60,531 nucleotides of DNA from Chiloscyllium plagiosum (lineage: Eukaryota), in assembly GCF_004010195.1 (NCBI RefSeq), contig NC_057719.1, forward strand, positions 61,403,551 through 61,464,081, given 5' to 3'. The notes beneath the pieces were generated by a model. It searched no databases, was not told the origin of the DNA, and saw only the letters and a list, made by a program, of their open reading frames with translations. The translations under genes and the position numbers were made by a program. Within the stretch, counting starts at the first letter, position 1. The number at the start of each line of letters is the position of its first letter. Below are positions 25,895 through 38,039 of the stretch, piece after piece.

Positions 25895-28130
25895 GACCAT
25901 AAAACATAGGAGCACAAGGAGGCCGTTCAACCCAATGAATTTGTTCCACCTTTCAAATGAGATCATGACTGATCTGATGACCCTTAATTCCATATTCCTG
26001 CCTTTTCGCCATAACCTTTAATTTCCATACAGATTAAAAATCAATCTCAGCCTTGAAGATACTTAATGACTCAGCCTCAACAGCCCTCTGCAGTAAAGAA
26101 TTAAACATATCCACACCCTCAAAGAGAAGAAATTTCTCTTGGTCTCAGTTTTAAATGTTCCACCCCTTATTCTGAGATGATGCCCTCTGATCCTAGACTC
26201 TCACAAGGGGGAACAACCTTCCTGTGCCTGTCTTGTCAAGATCCCTAAGATTCTTGCATCTTTCAATAAGGTCAACTCTCATTTTTCTAAACTCTAATGA
26301 GTGCAAATCCAACCGATTCGACCTCTCCTCATAAGAAAATCCCTCCGTACCAGGGATCAGCCGAGAGAACTTTCTCTGGATGCCTCCAAGGTAAGTATAT
26401 CTTTCCTTATATAAGAGGTCCAAAATTTTCACACTATTCTAGCTGTGGTCTGACTAGTGCCTTGTATAGTTTTAGAAAGATCTCCCTATTTTCAGACTCC
26501 ATTCCCTTTGAAACAAAGGCCAACATTCCAATTGCCTTCCCTATTACGTGATGAACTTGAATGTTGGCCTTTTGAGAGTCATGCATATGGACTCCAAAAC
26601 TCCTCTGTTCTGCAGCTTCCTTCAGCCTTTCTCCATTTAAATATTATCCAGCTCCTCAATTCTTCCTACTAAATCCCACAACCTCACCTTTTCCCACATT
26701 ATATTCTATCTGCCAAGATTTTGCCCACTTGCTTAATCTGTACATCCTTTTGCAGACTATTTGTGTCATCCTCACCGCTTGCTTTTCTACCTATTTTTGT
26801 ATCATCCACAAATCTGGCTATAGTGCATCCAAGTCATGAACATATATTGTAAATAATGTATCCCCAGCACTAGGATACCACTGGTTACAAGCTGCCATCC
26901 TGAAAATGTCCCTTAGTCAATCCTCTATCCATGCTAATGGATTACTTCCAATGCCATGTGCTTTTGTTTATTAAGTAGTTTAATGTGTGGTACCATAGCA
27001 AACACTTTACCCATCCTGCTTGTTACCTCCTCAAAGAATTCTAGTAAATCTGTCAGGCATGATATCCCCTTTCATGGAGCATTGCTGACTCTGTATAATC
27101 GCATTAGGCATTTCTAAATGTACTGCTATTATAACTTTTATAACAGAATCCAACAATTTCTCAATGACAGAATTTAAGTGGCCTGTAGTCACCTGATTTT
27201 TTGTCTCCTCCCCTTTTAAAGTAAAGGCATTACATTGGCAGTTTTCTCATCCTCTAAGACTTTTCCAAAGTCTAGGAATTCCTAGAAGATTACTATGAGT
27301 GCATCTTTGCAGTCAATTCCTTTAAATTCTAGGATGCATCCCATCAGAGCCAGGGGACTTATCGGTCTTTGGCCCCTTTAGATTTTCATAGCACTTTTTT
27401 CTCTTGTGACAGTTATTGTACTTATTTCCTATCTTCCATTTGCCCCTTGAATACTTAGTCATTTTGGAATGCTATTATGTTTTCTACACAGTATTTCTTC
27501 AATTTCGCTAGCATTTACTGATTCCCCATTATTATTTCACGAACATCATTCTCTGAGTCACCTAAGTTTACTTTGGCTCCTCTCTTTCTTTTTATGTATT
27601 TATAGAAGCTCTCGCTATCTGTCTTGATATTATTTGCAAATTTATACTCAACATTTATTTTGCCCCCATTAAATTTTGGTTGTCTTTTTAAAATGTTCCC
27701 ATTCTCTGGTTTATAGCAGTCTTTGCCATTCACACGTTGTTTCTTTCAATTTGATACTCAATATAACTTCCCTGTTTAACTATGGATGGCTTATCCCCTT
27801 CCCAAAACGCTTCTTCGTCATAAGAACATGTCTTTGCTGTAAGCCAAGAACTATTTTCTTAAATGCCTGCTAATGTTTCTCAACTCTCTTTGCTATTAAA
27901 CTCCTTTCCAGTCCACTTCAGCCAGCTCTGTCCTCATTCTGTTCTGATTATGTTTTTTTTTAAACATAGCACAGTTGTTTCCAACCCATGCTGAATGCTA
28001 AATTCTACCACGTTATGGTCACTGTTTCCGAGGAGATCTTTTATTTTGGCGTAATTTATTAAACTTGTCTCATGACACATTATCAGATCAAAAATCTCCG
28101 GTTGGATCTTCAGTATGTCTCGGACAGTTT
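25895..28130 (-). mobile_element. Decayed CR1 LINE (ORF2 with internal deletions)
   Basis: QRKFSRLIPG..SYEER..LHSLEFRKMR and FANNIKTDSESFYKYIKRKR remnants; CR1 3' end at about 25900. Confidence 0.85.
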
Positions 28131-28729
28131 AGAGGGCAAGAGAGATTAAATTAAAGAAGTAATGGAACTAAAGGAAATGGAAGTGTTAATGGTTGCAGTA
28201 AATAAACAATGCATTGGATCTGAGCTTATGGCAGAATAATGGACAACTCAGTCCTTCTATAATAATGAGACAACTGCAAATTATTGCACACTTACATCAC
28301 TCATATAAGGCAACAAACAGCAAAAAGATGCTTACAAAACTCCCAAACATGAATTGGAACACCAGTTGGATTTATGTCCTATTCAAGTCCAAAGAATGGA
28401 GATATGCTTCAAAAGTTAAACCATTGTTGAATTGGATAAACAGGCTATGAAACTAATTGCAATTAGAAATGAAAAATTGCACAGAATCAATACTTCTAAC
28501 TTATCTGAAAAGAACCTGAAAGACCCCACAAAGATATGAAAAGTGCAATTTTGGAATTCATCATTTATAGTTGATGCTCTCAAGGCGACTGTCACAGATA
28601 CAAGCTGGCTCACAATGCTGTCATAAGGGCATGGAATTTTTCATAGGTCAAACTGTTAGAATTGTGGCAGTCATTGTTCATTGTTTCATTGTCGCTGTGG
28701 TTCTGTTCGCCGAGCTGGAAGTTTTTGTT

Positions 28730-28769
28730 GCAAACGTTTCGTCCCCTGGCTAGGCGACATCATCAGTGC
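28730..28769 (-). ncRNA. Minimal type I hammerhead ribozyme motif
   Basis: GCA-CTGATGA-T-GTCGCCT-AGCC-AGGGGAC-GAAA-CG-TT-TGC. Core intact; stem II has one G.G mismatch; stem I is 3 bp; palindromic AACGTT at helix III. Confidence 0.7.
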
Positions 28770-29071
28770 TTGGGAGCCTCCTGCGAAGCGCTTCTTTGAT
28801 GTTTCCTCCGGTGTTTATAGTGGTCTGTCCCTGCCGCTTCCGGTTGTCAGTTTCAGCTGTCCGCTGTAGTGGTTGGTATATTGGGTCCAGTCGATGTATT
28901 TGTTGATGGAGTTTGTGGATGAATGCCATGCCTCTAGGAATTCCCTGGCTGTTCTCTGTCTGGCTTGCCCTATAATAGTAGTGTTGTCCCAGTCGAATTC
29001 ATGTTGCTTGTTGTCTGCGTGTGTGCCTACTAAGGATAGCTGGTCATGTCGTTTCGTGGCTAGTTGATGTT

Positions 29072-29397
29072 TAGATTAGATTAGATTAGATTAGATTACA
29101 TTACAGTGTAGAAACAGGCCCTTCGGCCCAACAAGTCCACACCGACCCGCCGAAGCGAAACCCACCCATACCCCTACATTTACCCCTTACCTAACACTAC
29201 GGGCAATTTAGCATGGCCAATTCACCTGACCCTGCACATCTTTTGGACTGTGGGAGGAAACCGGAGCACCCGGAGGAAACCCACGCAGACACGGGGAGAA
29301 CGTGCAAACTCCACACAGTCAGTTGCCTGAGGCGGGAATTGAACCCGGGTCTTAGGCGCTGTGAGGCAGCAGTGCTAACCACTGTGCCACCGTGCCG
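29072..29397 (-). mobile_element. HE1-type SINE, young copy inserted in the PLE
   Basis: Reverse complement of 9568-9890 with only a handful of differences. TGTT is duplicated at 29068-29071 and 29398-29401. Confidence 0.92.
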
Positions 29398-29944
29398 TGT
29401 TCATGTATGCGGATTGTTAGCTGTCTTCCTGTTTGTCCTATATAGTGTTTTGTGCAGTCCTTGCATGGTATTTTGTACACTAGATTAGTTTTGCTCATGT
29501 TGGGTATCAGGTCCTTCGTTCTGGTGAGTTGTTGTCTGAGCGTGGCTTGGTCTGTCCCTGCCGCTTCCGGTTGTCAGTTTCAGCTGTCCGCTGTAGTGGT
29601 TGGTATATTGGGTCCAGGTCGACGTCTTCTTTTTGCAGTTGTGTACTGCAGTGTGTTGTGGCCCTTTTGAATAGTGTCCTGATGCAGCTTTGTTTGTGTG
29701 TGTTGGGGTGGTTACTTTCATAGTTTAGGACTTGGTCTGTGTGTGTGGCTTTCCTGTATACCCTTGTAGTGAATTCTCCGTTCGGTGTTCTCTGTACCAT
29801 CATGTCTAGGAATGGGAGCTGGCTATCCTTTTCTTCTTCTCTCGTGAATCGGATTCCTGTGAGTGTGGCGTTGATGATCCGGTGTGTTTTTTCTATTTCC
29901 TATTTTGTATAGGAATACCTATACAAGGTATTCGCCAAAAACGG

Positions 29945-30522
29945 ATAGTGAAGTCCATATCCATATAGATCACGTCTACTGCTCTGCCCTGATCAATGCT
30001 CTTTGTTACTTCTTCAACAACTCAATCAAGTTTGTGAGACATGATTTCCCACACACAAAGCCATGTTGACTATCCCTAATCAGTCCTTGCCTTTCCAAAT
30101 ACATGTACATCCTATCCCTCAGGATTCCCTCCAACAACTTGCCCACCGCCAATGTCAGGCTTACCAGTCTATAGTTCCCTGGCTTGTCCTTACCACCTTT
30201 CTAAAATAGTGGCACCACGTTAGCCAACCTCCAGTCTTCTGGCACCTCACCTGTGACTATTGATAATACAAATATCTCAGCAAGAGGCCCAGCAATCACA
30301 TCCTTGGCTTCCCACAGAGTTCTAGGTTACACCTGATCAGGTCCTGGGATTGATCCACTTTTATGCTTTTGAAGACATCCGGCATTTCCTCCTCTGTAAT
30401 ATGGACATTTTTCAAGATGGCACTATGTTTTTCCCTACATTCTATATTTTCCATGTTCTCTTCCACAGTAAACACTGATGCAAAATACTCATTTAGTATC
30501 TCCCCCGTCTCCTGCGGCCCCA
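29945..30522 (-). mobile_element. CR1 (HER1-like) internal RT fragment, inverted
   Basis: GPQETGEILNEYFASVF through the SQHGFVCGKSCLTNLIELLK region. Confidence 0.85.
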
Positions 30523-30524
30523 CG

Positions 30525-32330
30525 AAGAGTTTCTGATTCAGTATGCAGATAAACCTACTACAAAAGGTGCAAACTTAACCTACGCTTGGGAAATAAGGCA
30601 GGGCAGGTGACTAATGTGTCATTGGGGGAACACTTTGGGGCCAGCGGCCATAATTCTATTAGTTCTAAAATAATGATGGAAAAAGATAGACCAGATCTAA
30701 ACGTTGAAGTTCTAAATTGGAGAAAAACCATTTTGATGGTATTAGGCAAGACCTTGAAAAGCTGATTGGAGGCAGATGTTCATAGTTAAAGGGACGGCTG
30801 GAAAATGGGAAGTCTTCAGAAATAAGATAACGAGAGTCCGGAGACAGTATATTCCTGTTAGGATGAAAGAAAAGACTGGTAGGTATATGGAATGCTGTAT
30901 AACTAAAGAAATTGAGGCTTTTGTTAAGAAAAAGAAGGAAGCATATGTCAATTATAGACAGGATAGATCAAGTGAATTCTTAGAAGAATATAAAGGAAGT
31001 AGCAGTATACTTAAGAGAGAAATCAGGAGGGCAAAAAGGGGACATGAGATAGCTTTGGCAAATAGGGTTCAGAAGAATTCAAAGGGTTTTTACAAATACA
31101 TTAAGGACAAAAGGTTAACTAGGGAGAGAATAGGGCTCCCCCTGGGAGACTGTGACAAAGTTAGACCTCATGGAATACAGGGAGAACTAGCCATCTATCT
31201 ACAGAACTGGCTCAAAGGTAGAAGACAGAGGGTGGTGGCGAATGGTTGTTTTTCAGATTGGAGGCCTGTGACTAGTGGAGTGCTACAAGGACAATTGCAA
31301 TATTTAAAAGGCATCTGGATGGGTATATGAATAGGAAGGGTTTGGAGGGATATGGGCCAGGTGTGGCAGGTGGGACTAGATTGGGTTGGTATATTTGGTT
31401 GGCATGTTCGAGTTGGAACAAAGGGTCTGTTTCCGTGCTGCACATCTTTATGACTCTATGACATTATGATTGGTGCTGGGTCCACTACTTTTCATCATTT
31501 ATATAAAGGATTTGGATGCGAGCTTAAGAGGTATAGTTAGTAAGTTTGCAGATGACACAAAAGTTGGAGGTGGACAACGAAGAAGGTTACCTCGGATTAC
31601 AATGGGATCTTGATCAGATGAGCCAATGCGCTGAGGAGTGGCAGATGGAGTTTGATTTAGATAAATGCGAGGTGCTGCATTTTGGGAAAGGAAATCTCAG
31701 CAAGACTTGTAACACTTAATGGTAAGGTCCTAGGAAGTCTTGCTGAACAAAGAGACCATGAAGGGCAGGTTCATAGCTCCTTGAAAGTAGAAATACAGAT
31801 AGATAGGTTCATGAAGAAGGTGTTTGGTATGCTTTCCTTTACTGGTCAGAGGACTGAGTACAGGAGTTGGGAAGTCATATTGCGGCTGTACAGAATGTTG
31901 TTTAGGGCACTTTTGGAATATTGCACGCAATTCTGGTCTCCTTCCTATTGGAAGGATGTTGTGAAACTTGAAAGGGTTTAGAAAAGATTTACAAGTCTAT
32001 TGTCAGAATTGGAGGATTTGAGCTGTAGGGAGAGGTTGACTAGGCTATGGCTGTTTTCCCTGGAGTGTCGAAGGCTGAGGGGTGACCTTGTAGAGGGGCA
32101 CGGAAAGGGTAAATAGACAAGGTCGTTTCCCTGGGGTGGGGGAAATCTAGAATTAGATGGCAATGGTGAGAGGGGAAAGATATTAAAGAGGCCTAAAGGG
32201 AAATTTTTTCACACGGAGGGTGGTGCGTGTATGGAATGGGTTGCCAGGCGAAGTAGTGGAGGCTAGTACAATTGCAACATTTAAAAGGCATCTGGATGGC
32301 TATATGAATAGGAAGGGTTTGGAGGGATGT
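30525..32330 (+). mobile_element. CR1 (HER1-like) ORF2, rearranged
   Basis: 184-aa ORF (KREIRRAKRGHE..WRPVTSGVLQG), then LGPLLF..KFADD and LLEYCTQFWSP. Has an internal deletion at about 31140 and a 3'-tail insertion at about 31290-31462. Confidence 0.88.
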
Positions 32331-32873
32331 AATCATCAGTTGTATTGGTAGGTGACATTCAGCAGCCTCATCAAAATAACAAGTTGCAAATCACATAATC
32401 GTACACCTCTTACTTTTTCCTTCCTTCACCATAACCTTACTGTTGCTTATTTTTCCCTTTCAGGTATCCAAAAAGAATCATAGAAGAAAGTGATCATTAT
32501 GGCATACTGTTACTTGATAACGCAATGCAGACATTTGTTCAGATATTGTTACTGCACACATCTTAGAGAAGAGATTGGAGGTGGGAGTTGCATGCAATGA
32601 GACATTGGGCACAAAGTTTTCCATCAGGACAGGTGATAAGGATGGCACAGGTGTGAGCTTACCAGAGGGCAATCTTCCACCTGGGTTCTGCAGCAAATAA
32701 TTCAATTTTGATGTGCCAGGCACAGAAGAAGGCTAATACACAACAATATTCTTGATGGATTGAAAAGCTTGCCCAACTGTCTGCAACCAAAGTCATGCAA
32801 CAGAAACAGATTTAGTACCACTTACCACACGACTGCATGCAATATCCTGAAACCCATTTTTTCCAACACAGAA

Positions 32874-33203
32874 TGGTGTGGTGGCTCAGTGGTTAGCACT
32901 GCTGCCTCCCCAGCACCAGAGACCTGAGTTCAATTCCAGCCTCAGGCAGCTATCTGTGTAACGTTTGCACATTCTCCCCGTGTCTGCATTGGTTTCCTCT
33001 GTGTGCTCTGGTTTCTTCCCACAATCCAAAGATATGCAGGTTAGGTGAATTGGCCATGCTAAATTGTCCATAGTGTTCAGGGATATGTAGGTTAGGTGCA
33101 TTAGTCAGGGGTAAATGTCGAGCAATGGGGAATGGGTTTGGGTGGGAGGTTGGTGTAGATTTGTTGGACTGAAGGGCCTGTTTCCACACTGTAGGGATTC
33201 TAA
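32874..33203 (+). mobile_element. HE1-type SINE, intermediate age
   Basis: tggctcagtggttagcactgctgcctc...gaagggcctgtttccacactgtagggattc; CpGs decayed. Confidence 0.85.
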
Positions 33204-33669
33204 GAACTTTGCAGGGGGAGGGGAGCATTTTACCAATGTACTTATGAATGCAACCACAATGTAATGTTTGATGATCAATGTTTCCATGTTTATTGCAGCA
33301 CATGCAGCCTCCACAAGAGCCTGAGTGCTGCAGTGGAAGTTTAGACTTAAGCTATGTAAAGTCAACCTGTTGCCATTTGAGCTTTGCCTGGTACTGTTCA
33401 AAGCATTGTCACATCAGTCCAGTGATTGGTTTTCCAACAGTTTACTAGGATTGCTAAAGCATTGTTCAAGGGCAATACCGGAAACTTCATGGAGCATGGG
33501 CCTGTTGATCTGTCCCAGAATAAACATATTCTTGCTCCCTTCCCTTCCTTGAGATCATTCTTCAAGACTATCTGTAAATTCATCCACTGAACATTAACAT
33601 TCTTCCAACAACCAAGCTACATCCACTAGACTAGTGAGTAAGGAAGGGCAAATGTGTAGGAAAGGCAGC

Positions 33670-35310
33670 CACTAAGGACATGTACATTTAAAGAACCTCA
33701 TATTGTAAGTTTTAATATTCCTTGCTAGTTTGTCTTTGTAGTTTACTTTCCCTCTATTTATTATCTCCTTAGTCTTCCTCTGCTGGATTTTGAATTTATC
33801 CCAGTTTTCAGGGATATCACTGACTTTGGCTTCTTTATATAATTTTTTTTCTTTCAATTAATACTGTCCTTAACTACCTTGGTTAGCCATGTCTTATTTA
33901 TTCTGCTTTTAGAATTTTTCCTCCTTACTGGGATGTATTTTTTCAAAGAGTCATAGTGCTCAGAAAAGATTTACCAGGATGCTGCCAGGATTGGAGGGTT
34001 TGAGCTATAAGGTCAGGCTGGAATAGGCTGGGATTTCTTTCATTGGAATGTAGGAGATTCAGGGGTGATCTTATAAAGGTTTATAAAATCATGAGGGATA
34101 TTGATAAGGTGAATAGATAAGGTCTTTTCCTGAGGGTCAGGGAGTTCTAAAATAGAGGGCACATAGGTGAGGGAAGAAAAATTTAAAAGGGACCTGAGGG
34201 GCAACCTTTTCACACAGAGGATGTTTCATACGTGGAATGAACTGCACGAGGTAGATGAAGGTACAGTTATAACATTTAAAAGACATTTGGATAGGTCCAC
34301 GAATAGGAAAGATTTAGAGGGATATGGACCAAATGCAGGCATGGGACTTAATGTAGTTGGGAATCTTGTTCTTCATGGATGAGTTGGACCGAAGGGTCTA
34401 TTTCTGTGTTTATGATTCTATGACTCTACCTCCTTAAATGGCTGCCACTGCTTGTTTACTGTCATTCCTGCTAATCTATCTGCCTAGTTCACTTCAACTA
34501 ACTCTATCCTCATTCATTTGTAATTCCCTTTATTTAAATTAAACACAGTTGTTTCCAACACAGGTTCCCTATTCTCAAACTGAATATTAAATTCAAATTT
34601 GCAGACAACACAAAAATAGGTGGAAAGGCAGGTTGTGAGAGGTTTATAGAGATAGATAGGTTACGTAAGTGGGCAAAATGTTGGTTAAATGGAATATACT
34701 GTGGGAAAACGCAACAAGAAAGGGACTGGAGGTACTTGTGCATTCAAGCTAGCATGCAGGTGTAGCAGATAACCAGGTATGCTCATGGAAAGTTGGTTCT
34801 CATTTCAAGGAGCTTGGAGTTTAAGAGTCAGGGAACTCTTACTGCAAATATACAGGTGCTAGTGAAGTGACATCTGGAATAATGTAAGCAGTCTTGATCC
34901 CTTTATTTTAGGAAAGATATCACTTAATTGTAGGCAGTTCACTCAGGTGATCCCTAGTGTGGAGGGATTGTCTTATGAGCAAAGGCTAAACAGGTTGGGA
35001 CTCTACTCATTGGAGCTGAGAAGAATGAGAAACATATAGGATCCTTAAGGGACTCAGAATAAAGGGGCACCAATTTAAGACTAAGATGAAGTGGAATTTC
35101 TTCTTTCAAAGGATTGGGGGTCTTTGGAACTCCTTCCCACAGAGAACTGTAGGAGCGGAGTCCTTATGTACACTTAAGGATGAGAGAGCTTCTTGATCAG
35201 TGGGGAAAGAAAGGGTTACAGGAAAAGGATAGAAAAGTGAACCCAAGGAATATCAGATTAGCCACAATCCAAATAGCCTATTCCTATTCCTATTCCTCAG
35301 GGTTTTATGG
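33670..35310. mobile_element. Compound CR1 cluster: minus fragment (33670-34580) with an inserted plus HER1-like 3' end (33955-34428), abutting a plus CR1 3' part (34590-35310)
   Basis: KDKLARNIKT (minus); cagaaaagatttaccaggatg...ctatgactcta tail (plus); aaatttgcagacaacacaaa (KFAD.TK) onward (plus). Confidence 0.75.
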
Positions 35311-38039
35311 TGGTAGCAAGGCTTTTGTTGTATGTATGCTGCACACATCTGAGTGGGATTTGACCCCAAGTCATGAGTTACATCACAGCATAAATATGAT
35401 CTTTGTTGTTCATAGCGAATGCATTTGTCAACACCACTATTTTCTGATTTAAATGACTACCTCCTTACTAAAGTGAAGATACCTCAAATGAGTTTGCCCA
35501 CTGCTGAGGGTCAGTAGGAAAATTCCTCGCTGAATACATTGAGTGGATTTGGCATTCTGCTAAGAGCCTTTCTTTCCCTCTTCAAGCAAATGTCAGTTTC
35601 TGCTCATACTCTGTTCCAAGCTGACAATTGCACCCAGATCATGAGCAATCAGTTTGTGCAGAGGCTTTGAAGTCAGTAGAAAGTACCTCATCACCTGCTT
35701 AACCACTTCTGAGAATTGAGACAATTATGGAAAGCACCAAAGACATGTAGAATTGAAAAAGCGAGGAGGAATCATTTATCCCATTTGGAGTTGATGATCC
35801 CCTTATTTAGAGGTGGTAGGTGGGAGAGAAGGTTTTCCTGAAGGTGCTCAGCTGCTCAGGCTTAACAGAGTGTGTCAGCCGGAATGTTGAGCTCCAAAAT
35901 TGTAGTACTCATGTCAGATCTGCATGATGTAAGGATCTGCCTACACTGCATACTTCTGGATACTAAATGTGCACGTGGGTTAATGTTTTGACTAAGTTGG
36001 CATCTGGCACATTTCGTCAGAAGTGTGCGTGTGTGTCTTAAGATTCTTGTAAAATTCATAAAATAACCAATTATTTTATGAAAGCTCAATTTATCATCAA
36101 AGCTGAACAATGCTAAATATTTCACAGGGTCTTCATAGACTTTGATTAAATAAAGTTCTAATTTCTACAATATACTCACAAATATATGTGTATAATGATA
36201 TATGGCATATTAAAGCAAAATTCTAGACCCTAATTTTCATTACTCATATGATATTCACAAGAAATTGATCTTTAAACAGTTCATGCTTTCGTCTATAAAA
36301 TGTACCCTCCTTCCTTTAGTAGTACTTCATTGTTTAATCTAGCGATAATTTCATTCTATGAAACATTTTGCACCACATATTTCATATATGATATATATCC
36401 TTTCCAGTGACTGGCTTATAATAGAAATAAAGCCAATTTATTTTGAATATAAGTTAAACTTTCAATTGTCTGTGTTGAAATAATTCTTATGAATGATATA
36501 AACTTGTTAAATTATCATTTTAAATGTATATATTCAAGGTTTGAAAGCAATACATTTGTGAGCTGACAAAAGTTACACTAGATAATGAAAAGTTCTAAAT
36601 CAATATGTAATTTCATGAAATAGGCCCACTTAAATATTTTAAGAATACACTTTACAAGTTCTTAATAATGATGTCAAGGAATGACTAATATTAATGAAAC
36701 CTATCCAAAAGTAAAACTGAAGGAAGAATGTGCAGCCTATAGGAAGAAGATGTGGGAGTGACTCTAGGTAAATTGTTCCTGAGCCTGTGTTGTAACAGTT
36801 CTGTTATTCTGTGAAGTCTCTGCAGACATGTTTCATTGTGAAGCAACACCCTTAGCTGTTCAGAATGTGCCATGTGTGTATAGGTTACCAGTTCAGTGTA
36901 TGATACTTTATTCACAATTGTACCAAATATCTTTTTTTTTCTTTTGCAGTAAAGACAATAAAACCATATTATTTTAAAACATGTCTGTCAAAGTAGCCAA
37001 TAATAGGAAAATGAACAAAAGTACTGATGTGGCCAATATATCACAGATCAGCATTTTCAATTTCCTCTCAGCTATCCTGTTTATCATTTTTCTACCTTAC
37101 CACAGCTTGTTGACTTCCCTGTATTAGTGGAACAGGAAAACATAGTGCTGAGCCTGATATTTAGAAGGATTTAAGTATAAACTATAAAAGATTTACTGAT
37201 GGAAACTGAAGAGATTTTCTATAAATGCTGTTACAACATTATATTGCTTCTGTTATCTTAATGGAAAATAATAGTTTTTGTTCACAGCACATCACGTATG
37301 ATCCTGTAAAAGCTTTAAAATAAGTCACTCTGTACTAAAAATTCTGCAAGACTAATCAAATGCATTAGTGATAAGGGAGCAAATGCACACTAAGTGAGAA
37401 AAACAAATTTTCTTAAAGGTCGCAGACAGTTTTATGGAAAGATTTTAAAAACATATCGAAGCAAGTGTGCTTTTCAGTTCTGTACTCTATTATGCTAATG
37501 TGACAGTCTCACATTAATAAATGCATCGAAATGTACCTTATGTGAATTGAAGTAATGTGTACTGTTCACTTTTGACATTAAAAGGAAAATTTATTCTTTA
37601 GCACATCTTAAAACCAAAGCTAGATTTTTTTCTAATATGCTTAACAAATTAGTAGCAGTATTGTACACTTTAAAAATTGACAGAAAATAAGCTGCAGAGT
37701 GGAAATTTTAAAATGGATGGCTTGGCTCATTGTTGGTCATGTGATTTCTTTTGAATATTAATTTTTTACAACAAGTACCTTCTTTATTTACATATCTGGA
37801 CAAAGTTTAAATGCAAAGCAGCTGTAAATAGTTTAGGCCAATATCTCTTTCCAATAATAGCCTATTTGGTTTCACTATTTTGTTAATCACGACTATAAAA
37901 TAATTTTTTATCTGCATTAAATAAAGGCAGTTACAGAACTTAATTCACTACTTTGAAGATTTTGCAAGCACTAAGCTGATGTTTTAAAGATTAGTCTTCC
38001 AAATTTGTGCTGTATCATTTAAATTTCAGATTTGTGATA

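Larger units (their letters stand above)
28690..29890 (-). mobile_element. Penelope-like element, young, internally rearranged (RT thumb, GIY-YIG endonuclease, 3' end)
   Basis: Minus-strand peptides IRFTREEEKDSQLPFLD..VYRKATHTDQVLNYESNHP and EFLEAWHS..SINK, with LVYKIPCKDC..YIGQTGR remnants. CpG-rich, with a hammerhead at its 3' end. Confidence 0.88.

Noticed and set aside
29072..29100. CRISPR-like or functional tandem array
   Set aside because: A simple (AGATT)n SINE tail in eukaryotic DNA; no repeat-spacer array exists in the window.
32478..32723. 81-aa ORF as an additional exon
   Set aside because: No recognisable homology, and the two identified exons are contiguous in the human protein.
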